Shown: piece after piece, positions 59,291-64,000 of the stretch
How positions within the stretch are numbered: the first letter of the stretch is position 1
How the letters are laid out: each line of letters starts with the position of its first letter
Assembly: GCA_963836755.1 (NCBI GenBank)
Contig: CAWIKF010000002.1
Location: 1,472,001 to 1,536,000, forward strand
DNA: 64,000 nt
Direction: 5' to 3'
Source of the DNA: an uncultured Verrucomicrobiae bacterium
GTDB taxonomy: Bacteria > Verrucomicrobiota > Verrucomicrobiia > Chthoniobacterales > Chthoniobacteraceae
Program-made: the position numbers and the translations under genes
The notes under the pieces: generated by a model
Told to the model about the DNA's origin: nothing
What the model saw: only the letters and a program-made list of their open reading frames with translations
The model's database searches: none

Positions 59291-60253
59291 TTACGGAGCG
59301 ACGATCAACCGTCCGAGATCCGGCGAGCTGCGAAGGAAGCCCGCCGCCTTCGCGTTTGCGACAAATTTTTCCAGCGAAGCGCGTGAAAGTTCGTTGGTCA
59401 AAATGATGCGCGGCCATGCGTGCGCGATGAGTTCCGCCGACATTTGTTTTTTCATTTCCTCGCTCAATTCCTCGCGCGCGAGCTTCTGCGCCTCCGCCGG
59501 GTTTTTTAAAATCCAATCGGTCAAATTGCGATGCGCCTGGGCGAACTTTTTCGCGAGATCGGGTTTTTCTTTTAAAAATTTCACGCTCGAAACGAGCACC
59601 GTGGTCGTCGTTTCGTTTTCCTCCACCAGCGCCTTTGCCCCCGCTTCCATCTCGAGCCGCGAGACCCACGGCTCAACGGTCCACGCGGCATCGATTTTCT
59701 TCGTTTGGAAAAGCCCGAGCTGATCGGGATTTTGCGTCGGCAGAATCTGCGCGTCGCCGCCAAGCTGGTTGATTTTCAAGCCACCGGCCGCGAGCCACGC
59801 GCGGCACGAGATGTCCTGCGTGTTCCCGAGCTGTGGCGTGGCGATGCGTTTGCCGCGAAAATCGGCGGCTGTTTTTAAATTTTCGTCAGGCTGCACGACC
59901 AGCGCCGCGCCGCCATTGGCCGCATTTGCGAGCATGCGGATTTCTTCGCCACCCGATTTCGAATATGCATTCAGCGCCGGGCTCGGGCCGACGTAGGTAA
60001 GGTCCACCGAGTTTGCAAAAATCGCCTCCATCGCGCTCGGGCCGGCATTATAAACAAACCACTGCAGCTCCACATCCGGGCCGAGCCGCTGCTCAAACCA
60101 GCCTTTGCCTTGGCGCGAGAGGGCGTGCGCGACGAGGCCCTGCACGTGCGTGATATTGGGAAAATGCCCGACACGGATCGTCGTTTTTTCCGCGCTGAAA
60201 GCCTGCGCGATGGTGGCAGAGAAAATGATGAAAGATTTGATGAAGATGTTCAT
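59291..60253 (-). CDS. ABC transporter substrate-binding protein (SsuA/sulfonate-like)
   Basis: GHFPNITH, NAGPSAMEA, ATPQLGNTQD. Confidence 0.9.
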   Translation of the reverse strand: MNIFIKSFIIFSATIAQAFSAEKTTIRVGHFPNITHVQGLVAHALSRQGKGWFEQRLGPDVELQWFVYNAGPSAMEAIFANSVDLTYVGPSPALNAYSKSGGEEIRMLANAANGGAALVVQPDENLKTAADFRGKRIATPQLGNTQDISCRAWLAAGGLKINQLGGDAQILPTQNPDQLGLFQTKKIDAAWTVEPWVSRLEMEAGAKALVEENETTTTVLVSSVKFLKEKPDLAKKFAQAHRNLTDWILKNPAEAQKLAREELSEEMKKQMSAELIAHAWPRIILTNELSRASLEKFVANAKAAGFLRSSPDLGRLIVAP

Positions 60254-60342
60254 GGTTTCGTTGGCTTGTTGCGAACGGAGTTTTGGCACGCGCCTTAAAA
60301 ACCATTTGCCGGTGAAGGCCAATCTTTTTCCGTTTCGCTTTA

Positions 60343-61518
60343 TTATAAAGCGGCCCGCAAAACTTCCGCGACTCGTGAAAGTTCCTCGCGCGTGTTGTAA
60401 AAATGCGGCGAGAGGCGCAGATATGCCAGACCCGCGCGATCGTAACGAAGCGATGCGATGATGCGATTTTGCTCGAGCGCGCGGAAGAGCGCGGCCATGT
60501 CCGCGTGTGGATGGCGGAACGTGGTGATGCCGGAAATGTTCGGGCCGCTCGTCGGCGCGATGAACTCGAAACCGAGCGGTTCGAGATCGGAAACGATCTG
60601 TGATTTCAACTCCAGAATGCGCCGCTCCACTTTGTCTAAACCGACGTTGAGCAACATCTCGATCGCGGCGCGCATCCCATAAACTCCCGCGACGTTGAGC
60701 ACGCCAGGTTCGTAGCGCTGCGCGGTGTCGTGAAAGTTGATTTCGTCCTGGGTGATGAAGTTCGGCGAGCACACATTCCAGGCGCCGAGCAATGTGGGCC
60801 GTAGTAGCGGGAAGTGTTCTTTTTTTACAAAAACAATCCCGATGGCCATTGGCCCGAGCATCCATTTATGCGCATCGGCGCTCAGGAAATCGACGTGCGC
60901 GACCGAGAGCGGCGCGGCGCCAAGCGTCTGGATCGCATCGAGTGAAAAAAGCACACCGCGGTCGTGCAGAAGCCGGCCGATTGCGTCCACGTCGATGCGA
61001 TAACCTGTTAAAAAGTTGCAGGAGGCGAGGGCGGCGAGGCGCGTGCGGGGCGTGAGCGCCGCCGCGATGAGATCGGGCGTGATTTCGCCGGCGCGTTCCG
61101 GCTTGAGATAGCGAATGACGACGCCGCGGCGCGCAAGGTCGAGCCACGGATAAACGTTCGCCGGATAATCATCGGCGTAGCACAAAATCTCGTCGCCCTC
61201 GCTCCACGGCAGGCCATTCGCGAACAAACTCAGCCCGAGCGATGTCGGCCCGAGCAGCGCGATTTCGTCCGCTTGCGCTCCGATGAATTTTGCGGCGATG
61301 GCGCGCGTTTCCTGAATCACGCGCAGCACTTCCCCGAACTCCTGGTGATTCTCGCACGAGCGTTTTGTGTATTGGATCACCGCGTCCGCGACGCACTGCG
61401 GCAGCGCGGTGACGCCTGCGTGCGCGAGAAAAGTTTGATTCCGACAGACAGGAAATGCCGCGGCCCGCGCCGCTTCATCGAGCTGTGAGAAATCGGCTGG
61501 GAATCCTGCTCCCATCAC
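60343..61518 (-). CDS. Class V PLP-dependent aminotransferase (cysteine desulfurase-like)
   Basis: DAIQTLG, ADAHKWMLGP, RLSPHFYN. Confidence 0.9.
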   Translation of the reverse strand: MMGAGFPADFSQLDEAARAAAFPVCRNQTFLAHAGVTALPQCVADAVIQYTKRSCENHQEFGEVLRVIQETRAIAAKFIGAQADEIALLGPTSLGLSLFANGLPWSEGDEILCYADDYPANVYPWLDLARRGVVIRYLKPERAGEITPDLIAAALTPRTRLAALASCNFLTGYRIDVDAIGRLLHDRGVLFSLDAIQTLGAAPLSVAHVDFLSADAHKWMLGPMAIGIVFVKKEHFPLLRPTLLGAWNVCSPNFITQDEINFHDTAQRYEPGVLNVAGVYGMRAAIEMLLNVGLDKVERRILELKSQIVSDLEPLGFEFIAPTSGPNISGITTFRHPHADMAALFRALEQNRIIASLRYDRAGLAYLRLSPHFYNTREELSRVAEVLRAAL

Positions 61519-61877
61519 GGTTTGCGGGCGTTTTCGCCTTCCTGGATCAGCTTCCAGAATTCCTTCGCCTGCCCGAGCTGGTCGTCCTCAGCCATCGGAA
61601 GTTTCGTGCGAAAAAGAAAATCGCGAATCGTGTTTTTGTGCAGCACGCGGTGGATCGTGATCCCCTCAGCGCTCTTCGCGAAATAAATGCGATAGTCTTT
61701 CGCGCGGTAACGAAAAAGTCTGCGGCCCTCGCGTTCGATGAGACCAAACTTTTCCGAATCGAGATTGTCGAGATCGGTCGGGAGCACTTGAAATTCCGCG
61801 AGCAAATCGAGCTGAAGTTCCTTTGGCAGGCGCGACATTTCTGCGGCGCTAATTTTGTTAAAAACAATTTGGAACAT
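61515..61877 (-). CDS. RelE/ParE-fold-like protein
   Basis: MFQIVF..ISAAEMSRLP...LFRYRAKDYRIYF...IHRVLHK. Confidence 0.65.
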   Translation of the reverse strand: MFQIVFNKISAAEMSRLPKELQLDLLAEFQVLPTDLDNLDSEKFGLIEREGRRLFRYRAKDYRIYFAKSAEGITIHRVLHKNTIRDFLFRTKLPMAEDDQLGQAKEFWKLIQEGENARKP

Positions 61878-61927
61878 CGGCTGGTAGTCGCGAAAGCCGC
61901 GCAGCATTGCATTCGCACGCGGAGATT

Positions 61928-63034
61928 TCAAACATAGACCCGCTCCACGCGGCTGCTGATGCCGGTGAAAATTTCCCACGCGATCGTCCCGGCGCGGCGC
62001 GCGAGGTCGGCGGCAAAAATTTCATCGCGTCCCTGCGCGCCGATGAGCGCGACTTCGTCGCCGCATTCGACCTCGGGCGAATGCGTCACGTCCGCCATGA
62101 TCTGATCCATCGTCACGCGGCCAAGAACCGGACAGCGCCGCCCGCGGATGAGCACCTCGGCGCCGGTGTTTGACAGGCGTCGCGGGTAACCGTCTGCGTA
62201 GCCGATGGCGAGCGTGGCGATGCGCATCGCATGCGGTGTGATGAACGTGCGGCCGTAGCTCACGCCGCGTCCGGCGCCGAAATCGCGCACCAGTGTGACG
62301 CGGCTTTTCAAGGTCATCACCGCTCGCAATTCGCTCTGAAATTCCGGCAAAGGCGAGCTGCCATAAAGCATCAGCCCGGCGCGCACGAGCGTCTGCGCGT
62401 GCGTGGAAAAACAGAGCACTCCGGCGCTGTTCAGCGTGTGGACGATGGGCGCCCGAATGCCCATTTCGCAAAGATCGGCGACGAGTTTCTCAAAATGGGC
62501 CAGCTGCTCGCGCGTAAAAGTTTCGTCCTCGTCGGCGACAGGCAAATGCGTCGCAATGCCCGCCAGCTCTACGTTCGCGAGCTGCGTGATTTCGCGTGCC
62601 AGCTCTCGCGCCTCATCCTGCCAAACGCCGATGCGGCCCATGCCAGTGTCGATCACGAGGTGAATCCGCACACGCGTGCCGCGAGCGAGCGCGCCATAAG
62701 CGGCCGCCTCCTCCAGTGTCGAAACCGCAGGCACAAAACCGCTTTCGGCGATTTCTTCGCGCTCATCGGGAAGCGCCGGTCCGAGCAAAAATATCTCTGG
62801 CTCGGACGTGCCGAGAGCTTCGCGCAGCGCTCGCGCTTCCGCTACATTCGCGACGCCAAACATGCGGACTTCATTGCGAATCGCATTCGCAATTTCCCGC
62901 ATCCCATGGCCATAGGCATTCGCTTTCACGATCGCCATCACCTCGGAATTTGCGCCGATTTTTTTACGGGCCACGCCGAGATTATGGCGCACCGCACCGA
63001 GATCAATTTCCGCCCAGCAGCGGCGGGTTTTCAC
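61928..63034 (-). CDS. alr: Alanine racemase
   Basis: VKANAYGHG, DTGMGRIG, GYADGY, GRVTMDQ. Confidence 0.96.
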   Translation of the reverse strand: MKTRRCWAEIDLGAVRHNLGVARKKIGANSEVMAIVKANAYGHGMREIANAIRNEVRMFGVANVAEARALREALGTSEPEIFLLGPALPDEREEIAESGFVPAVSTLEEAAAYGALARGTRVRIHLVIDTGMGRIGVWQDEARELAREITQLANVELAGIATHLPVADEDETFTREQLAHFEKLVADLCEMGIRAPIVHTLNSAGVLCFSTHAQTLVRAGLMLYGSSPLPEFQSELRAVMTLKSRVTLVRDFGAGRGVSYGRTFITPHAMRIATLAIGYADGYPRRLSNTGAEVLIRGRRCPVLGRVTMDQIMADVTHSPEVECGDEVALIGAQGRDEIFAADLARRAGTIAWEIFTGISSRVERVYV

Positions 63035-63567
63035 GCGACGAATTGCGGTGCGGGCGCGTTCTCCACCAGCTCGCGCAAATGCGTAAGACTCCGCTCAAAA
63101 TAGCGGCCGATCATCCAGACGAAAACCAGATCGATGTAGCGCGTATATGGGTTCGCCAAAGCGACCCAGCTGCAGACCCAGGTGACGCGCGTGTTCGCGC
63201 CGATCGGCTCCAGCGACAAGACTCCCTCGAAATGATATTTGCCATCGGTGAGATCGAGATCGTAGGCCACGCGCTCGTCGGGCACGCTCTGCGTGATGTG
63301 CAGCGCCCCATCCATTTTGCGGCTGCTCCAGCGCTGAGTCGCGCCGACGCCGGCTGGTGCGCCGTCGTAGGAAAAGCGCATCTCCTCGCACCGCGCCCAA
63401 TCCGTCCAAAGCGGCCAATTGCGCAGATCATTGAGCAGCGGAAAAATGTCCGCCGGATTCCCTCGCATGACGGCGCGGCGGACCACGCGCGGGCGGCGGC
63501 TGAGAAACCACGGCAGCGCGAGGAAAAATGAAACGAGCGCGATGAGGCGAAGGTGGATTCTATTCAT
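63031..63567 (-). CDS. SRPBCC/polyketide cyclase-like protein
   Basis: IFPLLNDLRNWPLW...GVGA...TRVTW. Confidence 0.82.
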   Translation of the reverse strand: MNRIHLRLIALVSFFLALPWFLSRRPRVVRRAVMRGNPADIFPLLNDLRNWPLWTDWARCEEMRFSYDGAPAGVGATQRWSSRKMDGALHITQSVPDERVAYDLDLTDGKYHFEGVLSLEPIGANTRVTWVCSWVALANPYTRYIDLVFVWMIGRYFERSLTHLRELVENAPAPQFVA

Positions 63568-63677
63568 GATGCAATTTGGTTGCGTTTACGGTCGGACGGA
63601 AAACGGCGGACGAAAGTGTGTTTGATATCGACAGAAAAAAACGCAAATCACAAGCTGACAAAACCCGAACTTTGCCA

Positions 63678-64000
63678 ATGAAAAAAATCCCGCTTTTCCT
63701 TTTTGCCGCCGTTTTCGCATTTGCTCCGGCGATCTCACAAGCGGCGGTCGAATCGAAAAAATCCGACTCCGTGGAAGCTGCCGCTTCGCCCACTCCGGCG
63801 ACGCAAAGACGAGTTCACCATCGCTACGCGGAGACACCATCGCCGTCGCCCACGCCTGCGCCCGTCGAGAAAAAACGTTCGTGGTTTTATTGGCTCTTTC
63901 ATCACAAGCCGCAGGCTGCCGCCGTTTCTCCGACGCCTTCGCCAACGCCGGCCACGGTGAAAAAACATCGTCCAAAAGCGAAGCCGACGCCGGCCGAGGA
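63678..64000 (+). CDS. Secreted Pro/Thr-rich protein (partial, runs off window)
   Basis: MKKIPLFLFAAVFAFAPAISQA signal peptide followed by SPTP repeats. Confidence 0.7.
   Translation, partial: MKKIPLFLFAAVFAFAPAISQAAVESKKSDSVEAAASPTPATQRRVHHRYAETPSPSPTPAPVEKKRSWFYWLFHHKPQAAAVSPTPSPTPATVKKHRPKAKPTPAE

Overview
GC-rich bacterial DNA, probably PVC superphylum/Verrucomicrobiota (inferred from gene families, not proven). It has four parts. (1) 1-8469: the distal end of an integron-type cassette array with 12 full and 1 half attC sites. Several attC core triplets are mutated, and no intI is in the window. (2) 8555-12321: two transglutaminase genes, a DUF2126 amidoligase gene and tRNA-Val(TAC). (3) About 12500-56600: a ~44 kb accessory block ending just downstream of tmRNA. 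It encodes glycogen breakdown, glycolysis and lactate enzymes (glgP, glgX, pfk, fba, gap, eno, pyk, ldhA), ppk2, ion/anion transporters, envelope enzymes, several pseudogenes and a sensor kinase with a FixJ/NarL-type regulator. The most striking signal is a 16-bp inverted repeat, TAGGAC-N4-GTCCTA (usual gene-oriented form TA(A/G)GACCAAGGTCCGA). I found it 17 times by eye, always intergenic, only inside this block, and often at a fixed 23-24 nt from a -10-like hexamer. It resembles the mycobacterial DosR box and points to a self-contained, apparently undescribed stress/hypoxia-type regulon. (4) 57033-64000: tmRNA with an 11x21-bp tandem repeat at its 3' side (56770-57000), followed by ordinary genes (ABC transporter, class V aminotransferase, RelE-like protein, alr, SRPBCC). 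All calls come from reading the sequence and ORF track; no searches were run.
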